Origin: the human T2T-CHM13v2.0 reference genome, Homo sapiens
Assembly: GCF_009914755.1 (NCBI RefSeq)
Contig: NC_060936.1
Reading direction: 5' to 3' (one strand)
Length of the DNA: 64,000 nt
Part shown: piece by piece, positions 42,812 to 57,859 of the stretch
Layout of the letters: every line of letters begins with the position of its first letter
How positions within the stretch are numbered: the stretch's first letter is position 1
The notes under the pieces: model-generated
What the model was told of the DNA's origin: nothing
Database searches by the model: none
The model's input: the letters and a program-made list of their open reading frames with translations, nothing else
Translations under genes and position numbers: made by a program

Positions 42812-45274
42812 TGAGTTATCTGTAAAAAAATGTTTTGGTTGAAATGTTTAGAAAACAGCTAGACAAGACTGGCTGTTGGATGACAAAAACATAGGACTAG
42901 GAAATTCAGGTATGCTACTCTTTTTGAGTATTGTTTAAAGCCATAGGAAAAGAGCTCTCTGTGAGTTCCAAGGCAGATGCAAGGACTGGCATTCATGCAC
43001 AGCTTCTAATAGATAAATCTGAAGAGTTCTTAGTATGCATGTTGACTGAAATTACTTTAGAAGTAATTTTTCTCCTGGTGATAAAAGGCATGTAAGGCTG
43101 TTTTAGGAAATTGAAAAATGCAAAAAGGTATGAAGAAAAAGAAAAGATAATCATTAATAGTACTTTAGTAAACAAGATTTGACTAAAGATATGGCTTTCC
43201 TTCCGCTTGTTTTCTTATGCATATAAAGGGATAGGAAATATGTATGTGTGTATGTGTGTGTATAGGATCGTGCACTATATATAGCTTGCTTCTTTTTCCA
43301 TCATGATAATTTTCCCATGTCATGAATTATGGCTTGCAAGTGCTATTCTTAAAGGGCTGCATTATTTTTCATTATTTGGATTTATTGTTATTTAATTGGA
43401 GCTCTATTATTGAACATTTAGATTGCTTCCAAAATTTTTTGCTGTTATTAATATATTGTAATAAACTTCTGTGAAACACATACTCTTCACCTGCTACTTA
43501 CCTATGACTTCTGTAAGCAGAGACCTCTGTATCCCCAGGACCTAGAAGGTTACCTGGACATAGTAGTTGCTTAATTAAAAAAATTATTGATTGAATGAAA
43601 GAAGACTATTAAATGTTCAGTTCTTCTTTTTTTATTCTGATTGCCTGTGTATCCAGGGGCCTCTTATTTGGCTGCATGTGTGAGTTTGGCTGTAATGAAA
43701 GTATTGGCCATGTATGACCATAAACAGGCATTCCTATTTCTGTCACAGTTATATTTGTCATTCTGTATTAATATATCTGTATCCTGATTTCTGTTGAAGC
43801 ATGATTAATTTTGTTTGCTTCTAAGCAATGTAGCTACCCTATTGATGCTGATAAAAATAAATTTCTGAACCTATAAGGCTGAGGATTGGGCCTAGGTTGT
43901 GGTAAACTGGCAAGATAATGGATGCTACCCTCTCAAGAGCCCTCTGAAGAGAAAAGTCTGCTACCCTTCACCAGGTAGAAACTCCTGACAGTGCCACATT
44001 TTCCAGTTTGACTCCCTGTGATACCCTGAAAAGACAGATGTTTGACTCTTTTCAAATAATATTTTAACATATTTTAAGACACAAAGGCATTGTGTCAGAC
44101 TTTTTTCTTAAGAATATATATTGTTGCCACTCAGAAGTTAGCTTCCAAAAGAAATAAGTGTGTGCTAAGGTTTACGATAGTGGTATAGAGAAGTTTTTAA
44201 AATAAATGTGCATCTTTTCCTATAGTAATAAAAGCACATTATGAAGAATTTTGTAGGTCCAGTCCACATATTCCCTGTGCCTGGGGAAAACTTTAGTAGA
44301 AAATTAGATAATTTATAATTTGATTCGGGGAAGTCTAGTGGAAAAACTTTTTAATGGAGCGATCCAATTTGAAACATGAATATCTGTGCTGGAAGCTTCT
44401 ATTGAACTTTACTTAAGTAACATCTAAGACCCTCTCCCTGTCAGTCCGCCATTACCCTAACAGTGGTAGAAATTCTTTATATTACACCTAGATCTTTTTT
44501 TGTTGCACTTTTAAGCTGTGTAGGAAACACATTGCCCACATGTTCATACAACACAGAGTGATTATCCACTTAGTTCCTAAAAAGTTGTATTTAGTTATGG
44601 GGTTTGATCCCACTTGTCCAGGATTTAGGTCAGCTACTGAAGATTAGGATATCTGGGTACCTCTTACTGGAGAATCCATTCCTGTTTTCATTTCATTCCT
44701 GGGGGCAATATTCAATCTGGTGTGGCCCTCTGTGTTATAAAATGTTTCCCAGATTGTGTTTATCTGAAATACAAATCCAAGAAGAAGCATGGTGTTAACT
44801 GCTGTGTAAAAAAGATTCCGGAGTCAAGAGCTTGAGAAGTTCTGTTCCTTCCTTCATAGGTTCAGTTGTTTAACCGAGCATTTTTCAAACGTATTTGACT
44901 CCTAGAACCTGTTTTCCCTCAGACATATTTAAGAAAAAAGCGTTTTGTAGAACACATTGGACAAATGATACTTTATATCATTGCTTTGTTTTTTAAATTT
45001 TAGTTTGACTCAATTTTACAGTTTCGGGTTTTTGTTTCTGTTGCAGGTTTTAAGCTCTTCTTTTATAAATAGTTACTTTCCTAGTCTGAAATCTATACAT
45101 TGTTTCAGTAATGAATTCATTATGTAAATTTGCCCATCATTCATCTAAAGGGAATAAACGTTAAATTGTTTTTTTAAATTTTGACTTGTGTCACATATGA
45201 GAATATAAAGTATATCTGTACAATAAAGGAAAATGAAACATCAAAGTATCTACCTCAGGTTAAGAAGCAGAACT

Positions 45275-45505
45275 TGGCCGGGCATGGTGGCTCACACCTG
45301 TAATCCCAGCACTTTGGGAGGCAGAAGTGGGAAGATAGTTGAAGCCAGGAGTTGGAGACCAGCTTGTTCAATAAAGGAAGACCTCATCTCTAACAACAAC
45401 CACAACAACAAAAAATCAGCCAGGCACGGTGGCATATGCTTATAGTCCCAGCTACTGGTGCAGCCTCGAACTCCTGGTCTCAAGCCATCTTCCCACCTCA
45501 GCCTC
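45275..45505 (+). mobile_element. AluJ, 3'-deleted, with its last 47 bp inverted
   Basis: Sense Alu to cccagctact (45456); 45459-45505 is the reverse complement of the expected continuation. Confidence 0.88.
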
Positions 45506-46090
45506 GTGTTCTAGTGAACATTGTTATGATGCAGTGTCTCCTATTCTGCATGTGCAGGAGTATTTTTACAGTATGTACCTGGAGTGGAATTGCTTGGTCA
45601 TTGGGCATGTGTGTGTTCAGCTCTATTGAGTGGCATCAAACTGTTCTCCAAAGCAGTTGTACTAATCTATACCCTCACCAGCAGTGAATAGTCTTCCCAT
45701 TGTTCTTCCTCAGTGAAACTAGATATTCACAGCCTTTTAGGTTTTTGCTAGAGTATGAAGTGGTATCTCTTTGGGGTTTTAATGTTTATTTCCCTGATTA
45801 GAATTGTAGTTGAGCATCTTTTATTATGTTTATGGGCCATTTATGTTTTCTCTTCTGTGAAATTCCTATTCGGGTTTTTTGCTCATTTTAAATTTTGTTG
45901 TTTGTGTTTTTCTTATATAGGAATTCTTCATGCATTCAAGATGCATGTATATTGTTCAGAATAGTACCTGAGACATAGAAACAACTTTGTAAGAATAGCT
46001 ATCATTGTATTACCATTGTATTTAATCCTTTGTTTTTATGTGTTACAATTATCTTCTGCTAGTCGGTGGCTTATTTTTCATTCTGTGATG
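45506..46090 (-). mobile_element. Old L1M (L1ME-like) fragment
   Basis: tacctggagtggaattgcttggtca ... gtatgaagtggtatctc ... gttgagcatctttt. Confidence 0.78.
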
Positions 46091-46093
46091 CTA

Positions 46094-47556
46094 ATTTTTT
46101 TTTAATTATCCTGTAAGTTTTAGGGTACGTGTGCACAATGTGCATGTTAGTTACATATGTATACATGTGCCATGTTGGTGTGCTGCACCCATTAACTCGT
46201 CATTTAACATTAGGTATATCTCCTAACGCTATCCCTCCCCCTTTCCCCCCACCCCACAACAGGCCCCAGTGTGTGATGTTCCCCGTCCTGTGTCCATGTG
46301 TTCTCATTGTTTAATTCCCACCTATGAGTGAGAACATGTGGTGTTTGGTTTTTTGTCCTTGCCATAGTTTGCTGAGAATGATGGTTTCCAGCTTCATCCA
46401 TGTCCCTACAAATGACATGAACTCATCATTTTTTATGGCTGCACAGTATTCCATGGTGTATATGTGCCACATTTTCTTAATCCAGTCTATCGTTGTTGGA
46501 CATTTGGCTTGGTTCCAAGTCTTTGTTATTGTGAATAGTGCCACAATAAACATACGTGTGCATGTGTCTTTAAAGCAGCATAATTTATAATCCTTTGGGT
46601 ATATACCCAGTAATGGGATTGCTGGGTCAAATGGTATTTCTAGTTTTAGATCCCTGAGGAATCGCCACACTGACTTCCACAATGGTTGAACTAGTTTACA
46701 GTCCCACCAACAGTGTAAAAGTGTTCCTATTTCTCAACATCCTCTCCAGCACCTGTTGTTTCCTGACTTTTTAATGATCGCCATTCTAACTGGTGTGAGA
46801 TGGTATCTCATTGTGGTTTTGATTTGCATTTCTCTGATGGCCAGTGATGATGAGCATTTTTCCATGTGTCTTTTGGCTGCATAAATGTCTTCTTTTGAGA
46901 AGTGTCTGTTCATATCCTTCGCCCACTTTTTGATGGGGTTGTTTGTTTTTTTCTTGTAAATTTGTTTGGGTTCATTGTAGATTCTGGATATTAGCCTTTT
47001 GTCAGATAAGTAGATTGCAAAAATTTTTTCCCATTCTGTAGGTTGCCTGTTCACTCTGATGGTAGTTTCTTTTGCAGTGCAGAAGCTCTTTAGTTGAATT
47101 AGATCCCATTTGTCAATTTTGGCTTTTGTTGCCATTGCTTTTGGTGTTTTAGACATGAAGTCCTTGCCCATGCCTATGTCCTGAATGGTATTGCCTAGGT
47201 TTTCTTCTAGGGTTTTTATGGTTTTTAGGTCTAACATGTAAGTCTTTAATCCATCTTGAATTAATTTTTGTATAAGGTGTAAGGAAGGGATCCAGTTTCA
47301 GCTTTCTATATATGGCTAGCCAGTTTTCCCAGCACCATTTATTAAATAGGGAATTGTTTCCCCATTTCTTGTTTTTGTCAGGTTTGTCAAAGATCAGATG
47401 GTTGTAGATACGCGACATTATTTCTGAGGGCTCTGTTCTGTTCCATTGGTCTATATCTCTGTTTTGGTACCAGTACCATGCTGTTTTGGTTACTGTAGCC
47501 TTGTAGTATAGTTTGAAGTCAGGTAGCATGAGCCCTCCAGCTTTTTTCTTTTGGCT
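46094..47556 (-). mobile_element. L1PA (primate-specific), 5'-truncated, ~1.46 kb, frameshifted ORF2 C-terminus
   Basis: ORFs 47149-47529, 46734-47237 and 46311-46682 translate to L1 ORF2 ([43 protein letters not shown]); L1PA 3' UTR. Confidence 0.97.
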
Positions 47557-47606
47557 ACATGTTCATAACCATGACATATTCATGTTGCATATGTTCTGTA
47601 TCATAA

Positions 47607-48035
<429 letters not shown>

Positions 48036-48183
48036 TGATTGTAGATGCATTTGTCTCTCCGAATGTACTGGGATTATTTCGAAGACAAAACATTTTTGGC
48101 ACTGTGATTTCAAAAGTTTAATCTTAAGACTTTAGGAGCTACCTGAAATCTGCAACAATTGCCTATAAGAGATCCAAATGAAT

Positions 48184-48795
<612 letters not shown>

Positions 48796-48979
48796 TAAAC
48801 TATGATTTTAGTTGAATCTTTATGATGTTATTTGTAATATGTAACTTGCTGACCAAACTATCTATGAATTACTTCCTTTGGCTTAGTAGAGAGATCCTAA
48901 TTATCTTTTGGTAGATTTTTCCACATATTGGAGGATGACAAAAGGGACATGTTAACAGTGTAATTGTAAAGGTACAGTG

Positions 48980-49200
48980 ATGATAGCAGTGATAATGATA
49001 ATGATAATTTCTTCAAATTGACCCTTATCATGAATCAGGTACTGCCCTAAGTGCATTACATATATTAACTCACAACAATCCTTTTGATCTATGAGAAAAC
49101 CAAGGCGCAGGCAGATTTAGTAACTTGTCTAAGATCACACAGCCAGCAGGAATGGAATTAGGGATTCAAAGTCAGCCAGTCTAGTTGCACAGTTTTAGAC
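48980..49200 (-). mobile_element. MIR
   Basis: atgagaaaaccaaggcgcag ... taacttgtctaagatcacacagc. Confidence 0.78.
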
Positions 49201-49600
49201 GTAGATTCATAGGTATCTGAAGAAATACTAATTCATTTTTAGTTTTAAAAGAATTCACCTAAGACTTTGTTTTTTAAATGTGATGATGAGAGAATGGGAA
49301 AATACATTTTCATTGTGGTTGGTGGGGTCCAGTACTTTTAAGGAAGGAGCAAAACTTGGAGCTGGAGTTGCCTAATGGAAGTGTATGGTGGATCAGGCTT
49401 TCATTATGAATAGTTTTGGTTCCTCATGAGTGGATGCTGGCCTCTGAAGGATTTCAGAAAATTCATAGCTTGTAATTCAATTTCCTATATATGCCATATG
49501 CAGATGTTTGGGGGGTAGTTAGTAGAGAATGGTTTTAAATATTCCACAGAGGACTCCGATTGGTTTTTGAGCTTGGATAGTTACTGTGCAGTTGAGATAG

Positions 49601-49972
<372 letters not shown>

Positions 49973-51329
49973 TAGCTTTAGGTTAAAAATATTTTCCTCC
50001 TGTGAATCTTTATTTTGGATTTTAAACGCTCTCATTGGTTCAAAAAGCAACTTTCATTAAGTTGCTGTTACTGCTTCGGCTCTTGGCTATTTTTAGATAG
50101 AGTTTTCACTCAGCTGTGGTTTGTTTACTTAGCTGTAAGTAAATATAAATAATACAACGAATTAAGGTCAATTCATTTACTCTAAAAATTGTAGGGTTAA
50201 ATGGCTAAGCAAAAAGAATGAGACATTATAGCTCCTTATCCATTCCGTTTTGAGTAGAATTAGCACAGCGTTGGAATGACCATGTATAGGAAAGATAGTA
50301 CTGAGGTGATCTGCTGTATGGTATTATGCTGATGAATTAGCTAGGGTGTGTATATTAGTGCAAAAGTTTAAGAACTTTGCCATGCGATTTAAATATTATG
50401 CTTTGTTTTCCTTTTGATTTCCCCTCAAGGAAGGACTGGGAAAGTAGCTCTTTTCCCTCCTTTATATGGTCATAATAAAGGATTGCAAATTAATTAGCTG
50501 CATTCAAGGCATCACACAGATTGAATTCCATATTTGTCTTGGAGGGAAGTCCAGACTTCTGCCTGGGGTGACTGAATCTGCTTTGTGAGACTGGGTGCAA
50601 CTTCCGTGTATTCAAGGGTGGGATCATCTTGTCAACAGCCAAATATCTTACAAGATGTAAGTCACTTAGAAGAAATTATCCCCCCAAATGTGGTTTGTTT
50701 TTAATGTTTCTTTCAAAACCTCTTTCCCCCAACACACACAGTGCAGCAGAGAAAAGTTGCACCTGCCTGCTACTTGACAGTAGATTCTGTGATGATTGAT
50801 TGTAGGCATTGTTTTCTGTGTGGGTTGGGAACAGAAAAATGCTCTTTAACCTTTTGCCAGGTCTCTGATAAGTACTGAAAACTTTGGCAGTTAAATGTGG
50901 ACTGTAAAACACATGAAGAAATACTGGAAAAACAAAAATGGACTCAGATTAAAAAGCTGAAATGCATTATTTTCTAAACTAGTTCCTTTGGGGCCTTGAT
51001 TGTGTCAGAAATACTTACTGATTTTTTTCTTTTTTTTTTTTAAGATCCTCATGACCTTTATGCTATGTTGACAAAGCCAGTTTGTGTTTGATATTTTTTT
51101 CTTCCTTATTTTGTATGTTTATCTTTTTTCTTTTAAACAAGGGCGGAGATTTTCTACTTTATTGATCCCTGTAAGTGGCTATGATTTATTTTATGGAGAA
51201 GAATGGGAGTATTGGAGGCAGAATGGGAGGGGTCCTGGACTGGGAGCCGAATGGTGCCTCCGTTTCTATATGTGTGACCCTAGACAAGGCTTGCCAAACA
51301 CCTGCCCACCTACGCATGGCTTGGGAGAG

Positions 51330-51560
51330 CAGTACTGAATAGTGGAAGAGTCCTAGGCTAATGAGTGTTGACAGGCTTGTTTTGGTTTTATAACATTTAT
51401 AACATACACATCTCTGAGCCCATTTTTTCTGTTGCAAAATGGCAGTAACATTATTTACCACTCGTTAGGGCTAATGTGAGGATCAAAACCAAATGAGATA
51501 ATGTATATAAAGTATTAAGCATATTACCTACCACATAATTAATGTATAGTTAATTATGAA
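51330..51560 (+). mobile_element. MIR
   Basis: tctctgagcc ... gcaaaatggcagtaac ... atgagataatgtatataaag. Confidence 0.7.
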
Positions 51561-51947
51561 TTATTTATTTTTATTATTGTCAATAACAGAGTGTTAGCAT
51601 TTAATAAAGTTCTGGGTATGGAATAGAATGATCAGATTTCTAGGTTTTGACGTTTGGTACTATAGCCTCACTGCTGAGAAAATCTGGGAAGTATAAGGAG
51701 GTAATGGTTAAAAGATAGGCAGAATTTTCTAATTTCAGAATAATAGTCATTAACAGCAGGACATTGTCTAGATAATCTACCTTTCTGTGCCTTACTTTTT
51801 ATCTTTATTCAAATGAAGATAATATGTTTTGAGGAAACAATATTGCTGTTGTTTTGTAGAAATTGAAACATAAGTACGTGTGGTTTGTGGCACTGAGGAC
51901 TGACTGATTGCTTCTCTCTGATACTTCTTTTAGAAATGCCCTTTTTG

Positions 51948-52223
51948 GGCCTGGTGCGGTGGTTCACGCCTGTAATCCCAGCACCTTGGGAGGCTGAGGT
52001 GGGCGGATCACAAGGTCAAGAGATTGAGACCATCCTGGCCAACATGGTGAAACCCCATCTCTACTAAAAATACAAAAATTAGCTGGGCGTAGTGGTGCAC
52101 ACCTGTAATCCCAGTTACTCGGGAAGCTGAGGCAGGAGAATCAGTTTAACCCAGGAGGCCAAGAGCGCGCCACTGCACTCCAGCCTGGCAACAGAGCAAG
52201 ACTCTGTCAAAAAAAAAAAAAAA
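51948..52223 (+). mobile_element. AluSc-like with a short right-arm deletion
   Basis: gatcacaaggtcaagagattgagaccatcctggcc; TSD tgccctttttgg. Confidence 0.93.
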
Positions 52224-52959
52224 ATTGCCCTTTTTGGAGCTCAGATAAAAGACACTATGTAATTTGTAAGAAAAAAGGGTGTCCTGTTGGAGTCTACGTG
52301 TCAGGAGTAGTCTAAATCTTAAGTAACCAGAACTTAACTATCCTCTCCATTATTTTGAGAAATGATGGTGAGGATCATTGCTGATATGGTTTTCAAATCT
52401 GGGGGGAAAGATTACAGAATGGTGTAAAAATCACCTGAAAAAGAATTCTTTTTGTTTGTGCATTTTATCACGTCACTACTAATCTGGCCAGCAGGGAGTT
52501 ACCATCTGTACTGTGTGGCAGTGACCAGAGAAAACAGGTCCAGTCCATTTCATGTGTTTAATAATATATCATGTTCACATATAACCCACATTTATTCAGT
52601 ACCTATAGGTGCTATGCTTGAAGCACATAAGCCGTTCATGATGAATACATACTATTGTTCAATGCTGCAGTTTTTATGTTATCTTGAAAGACAGAGGGAG
52701 AAATAACTTGCATTTCCAAACTCGTCTCTTTTATACTTTGAAGAAGGAACTTGTTACCTTTATTGTACATTAATGATTACATATATAACTCACTATGTTT
52801 TCTTTTCTCTACTTCCAAACCCAAGAAGGCATTCTAACAGTATCTCAGTAATCTCCGCTAACCCTGCCCCAGTTCAGTCATATCCTGCTAGACCATTTTA
52901 GTTATCTAATAATTACAGTAAACCTCCCTTCCATTCCTCCCCTCTTCCTTCATTCCTCA

Positions 52960-53740
<781 letters not shown>

Positions 53741-54049
53741 GATGAAAGATACTCCCATATGGTCACAGTGTACCATTATAACATTTGCAATTCTTACTAT
53801 ATTATACAACATCTGTAAGCCAGTTTTATAAATCCAATAATCATGATATGGCTAAAGGGAACATAGATATCTTATCCATAAACTCAAAATCAAAGAGACC
53901 GAGTAACTTAGACAAGAGCACCAAGCTGACTAGCAGTGCCTCAGGACTAACCTGGCCTGGCTCCCTGATCCCCTTGCCATGGATAGGCCTAACAAATGGA
54001 AATGTGTACAAGACTTAATAGAATGATATTTAAGTCATTTATTTTAGCT

Positions 54050-54280
54050 TTGAGATTTTTTTTAAAAAAACTTCATTATGGAAAAATTTAAGTATACACA
54101 AAAGTAAATGAAAGAGTAAACTGTACCTCCCTGTGTGCACATCACCAACTTAAACAGTTCTCAAACCATGACCAATCTTGATTCATCTATACCCATACCT
54201 ACTCCCCTTCGCATTATTTTGCAGTAAATCCTTGATGTTGTATGATTTAATCTGGAAATATTTTAGTATGTATAGGATAG
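54050..54280 (-). mobile_element. L1MC/ME 3' UTR fragment
   Basis: cattatggaaaaatttaagtatacacaaaagta ... catgaccaatcttgattcatctat. Confidence 0.7.
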
Positions 54281-55239
54281 GTTTTTAAACTTCTAAATAT
54301 GAGTTTCTCTGGTATTTTGGGAAGTCATGATAATTGAAACAAAATAACGAAGCCCATTGAAGACACAACTGCAGAAATCTGGCAGCCTGTCCCTGTGCTT
54401 TCTCCTTCTCTATGAAGCTGTTCCCAGGACCACGACTTCCACCGAGCCCATCTCCTAGAAATCCCTTTGTTCACATGCCCTGGAGAGAGTTGTGCTTTGT
54501 TATTTAAATTGTGCAAGGTGGAAGTGCAAGGAAGAAAAGCAATGGTGATTATATGAATGAGAGTAGATACTAGTTAGTAAAAAGCAAGATACTGTATTTA
54601 TGTATAAGGTTAAATAGTTTTAAAAAATTATCCATAAGAAACCTTTAAAATTCCTTGGAATCTTTGTCATTTCTATTTTATCAAAATTACAGTATAAACT
54701 AGTAACTGAAGTTTATATTATGAATTATTGCAAACATACACAAAGTTATGGAGAAAAATACAAGGAACATTCATGTGTCTACTGCATATCTTTACCAAGT
54801 CTCTCCCTGTTACCTCAGATTTTCTTTAAGTGACAGAACATTGCAGGTAGAGTGAAGATGCCTTGGTAATCCTTCCCTTTCCTCTCTCCCAGAAATGACC
54901 ATTATCCTGGATTTCGATTTATTGTTTTAAAGCATGTATAACCTTACATTGAATAGTGTCTTGCCTTTTATAAAGCATTTTACCTCTTTCGTTTGATCTT
55001 CACAACTCTTGAAGTATTTACTTCACTTCTAAATATGTATAACCCACCAAATTATCCCAATTTCACTTAATACAAAGCTATAAAGTATGAAGTGAATTAG
55101 TGTTTCATGATTTACAGTGTATCATCTCATTAGAAATAGAGTCCTGAGGCATGTGTGTGAAAACTTCACACCCCGCTTTGTTCCTCGATTTAATTTAAAG
55201 TACGAGTAATTACTCGTACTTTTAAAAGTATAAAGTATA

Positions 55240-55330
55240 AAGCACTTTGGGAAGCTGAGGTGGTAGCATCTCTTGAGCCTAGGGCTTTGAGACCAGCCTG
55301 GGTAATAGAGCAAGACCTCCATCTCAAAAA
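55240..55330 (+). mobile_element. 5'-truncated FLAM/Alu left monomer
   Basis: agcactttgggaagctgagg ... gagaccagcctggg ... ccatctcaaaaaa. Confidence 0.85.
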
Positions 55331-55417
55331 ACACACACACACACAGCAGTAGGAGAACTGGAAGGAACCACACACACACACACACACACACAGCAGTAGG
55401 AGGACTCGAAGGAACCT
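55331..55417. repeat. Tandem duplication of (CA)n plus a 24-bp unique segment
   Basis: (ac)n-gcagtaggagaactggaaggaacc then (ac)n-gcagtaggaggactcgaaggaacc. Confidence 0.92.
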
Positions 55418-56988
55418 CAAAGGGTTAAATAGTCTTTAACTCCCTGATTTTAGTGAAACCGCCTTAAAACCAACTCAAAGGTAAGTTTTCTGTTCATTTC
55501 AAAGGACATAATTGAGGAAGGAAGAGCTGTCTACCCTGAGTAATGTTTTCTGGAATGACAAATGAGTAAAGAAATCATGGAGATATCTTATCTCATAATT
55601 CTTTAAAAATTAAATAACCATGGAGTTTGCATATAATTTTAAAAATTTAAAGCAAATTCCCACTCCAGTTCCTCCTGACCAATTTTTCCAGCTATTTGAG
55701 CAGTATTTTTTGCTCCTTGGAAGGGGATATAGTGCTTATCCTGTTTATTCAAGTAAAATTTAAAAAAAAGATAAAACTTTCTCCCCTTAAAAAAAAAAGT
55801 CTAGAGCTGGTAAAAATTTCTGACTCAGTAATTTTGGAAAGAATTGCCTCTTTCCACAAATAGATGAGCTTACATACTAGGTCTTCCAAGTGGACTAGTA
55901 AATTTCCGTGATGTCAGGAAACTGGGTGGAGTTTTTATGGATGCAAGTCCAGTGGAGGAGGGACTTTTCAGGTCATGTATAAGGAGAGTAGGATCAGATT
56001 CTGGTTTTGAATAACCTATAAGCCACAAAGCATGGGGATTTCCCATTGGGTTAATCTAGTGCTGGCCACAGTTTAGGCATATGATCTAGAGTAGCTGCTG
56101 CAATTAAGAGATGCTTGCTTATGGGATCTTTGCCCTTTTATTGGAAGGCTGTAAGTGTAGCCCAGCCTTGATTTATAAACCAACTTGACATAATCACTAT
56201 TTCTTTTCACACAGACTTCTGAATAGCTGTCACTAAATTTTGATTACCACCAGGCATTTAGTTAAGCTAGAGCTGAACTATTTGATCTGTTAGTTTTTAT
56301 TGGGCACTGCAGCCCACACTGATCTTCCCCTGTTCTAAAGCCCTGCTTGTATCAGAAAGGTCCACCCAGGCTAATTGTTTATATGCTAATTGTTTATATG
56401 GGTTAGTCTTAACTCTTTTTTCGACAATTTTATAGGATCTTAGCATGCTCATATCATGTCTCCTACTATTTGGGTCTCTTCCTACTGTCATATTGCTTGG
56501 TGCATTGATAGGTGCTAGTACCTAAAGCCTTACCTAAAGCCGATGAAACTGTTAGCTTAGTTGGCTTCTTCCAGGTTTGTCTTTATTTGGTCACCCTGAA
56601 AGCCTAAGTGTCTTACAAATACTATCTACTAGGTTTGTTGAATATCTCATTTTGTTTTCTATAATCAATAACAATGTAAGCTTGGATGCAATTTTTTAAA
56701 AGTACTTTAAAAACCTTAACTCTCAGTTTGGATACTTGTCCCCTAGCTGACAGAAATACCTTGGCAAAGTAGCTAAAGTCAGCCCTGAAGCTGAAATCAG
56801 CTGAGGCTGGATAGTTTAAATCATGCTTTTCCTCTTCTCAAAAGATGATAGGGACCAAATCAAAATCTCAACAGTAATTTAAATTGAACTTTCCAAGTAG
56901 ATTTCTAGAATTCATATGAAAAAGTATAATAATTTGGAGGATAAAAAAGGAAAAAGAGGAGGGGCCTGCCCAAATAGATGTCAAAATA

Positions 56989-57236
56989 CAGACAGTCCCT
57001 GACTTATGAATTTTCAACTTTAGGTTGGGTTTATTGGGATATAAGACCATCGAGGAGGTCATTATGATTTCTACTGAATGTGCCTCATTTTCGGACCATC
57101 ATAAAGTGGAAAAATTGTAAGTTGGGGAATGTCTGCTCTGCTGCCACTATTAAATGCACTTTCGACTTAGTGATGTTTTCAAATTAGGATTGGTTTATTG
57201 GGATGTAGCCCCATTGAAAGTCAAGGAGCATCTTTT
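56989..57236. mobile_element. MER47/Tigger5-type DNA transposon within an old L1 fragment
   Basis: cagacagtccctgacttatga ... ggtttattgggatgtagccccattgaaagtcaaggagcatct. Confidence 0.8.
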
Positions 57237-57412
57237 TATTATAGAGCTGTGAAAATAAAATAGTTGGTTTAGCTGTGATAATAAATGTTTAAATAGTTTA
57301 AAGGAACAGAGTCTCAAAATGGACTGTTTCTGGTGCAAAAGCTCTATGCTTATATTCATGCTTCTAAGTCTTAGTACACATTTTTTCCCTTAGTTTTAAA
57401 AAAATGTTTGCA

Positions 57413-57658
57413 GGCTGGGCTCGGTGGCTCACGCCTGTAATCCCACCACTTTGGGAGGCCGAGGCGGGTGGATCACCTGAGGTCAGGCGTTCAAGACCAC
57501 CCTGGCCAACATGGTGAAACCCTGTCTGTACGAAAAAATACAAAAATTAGCCGGGCGTGGTGGTGGGCACCTGTAATCCCAACTACTCAGGAGGCTGAGG
57601 CAGGGAGAATTACTTGAACCCAGGAGGCAGAAGTTTCAGCGAGCTAAAAAAAAAAAAA
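57413..57658 (+). mobile_element. AluSx-like lacking the last ~50 bp of the right arm
   Basis: Alu runs to tttcagcgagct and then directly into A13. Confidence 0.93.
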
Positions 57659-57859
57659 TTTTTTTTTTTTTTTTTTGCTACATTCTTAAGTGTGACTCTC
57701 TTTAGCTTTGTGAAACCTTGAGGTGGTTGTTTTTCCACACGGTTTATAATGAAAGAGATGAGAAAAATACAATTTTTTATAAAGAGCTTGATGCTTTCTA
57801 GAACAACATACTCTAAAAAGGGAAGCTTACACATTTAAAAAATAAAAGTCTGATGAAAG

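Noticed and set aside
43600-45250. 3'-UTR-like AT-rich stretch with several AATAAA hexamers
   Set aside because: Hexamers are expected at this AT content, and no linked terminal exon or retrocopy hallmarks were found
46311-47529. Three ORFs with clear protein similarity
   Set aside because: Frameshifted C-terminal pieces of L1 ORF2 in a 5'-truncated L1PA; not a host gene and not mobile
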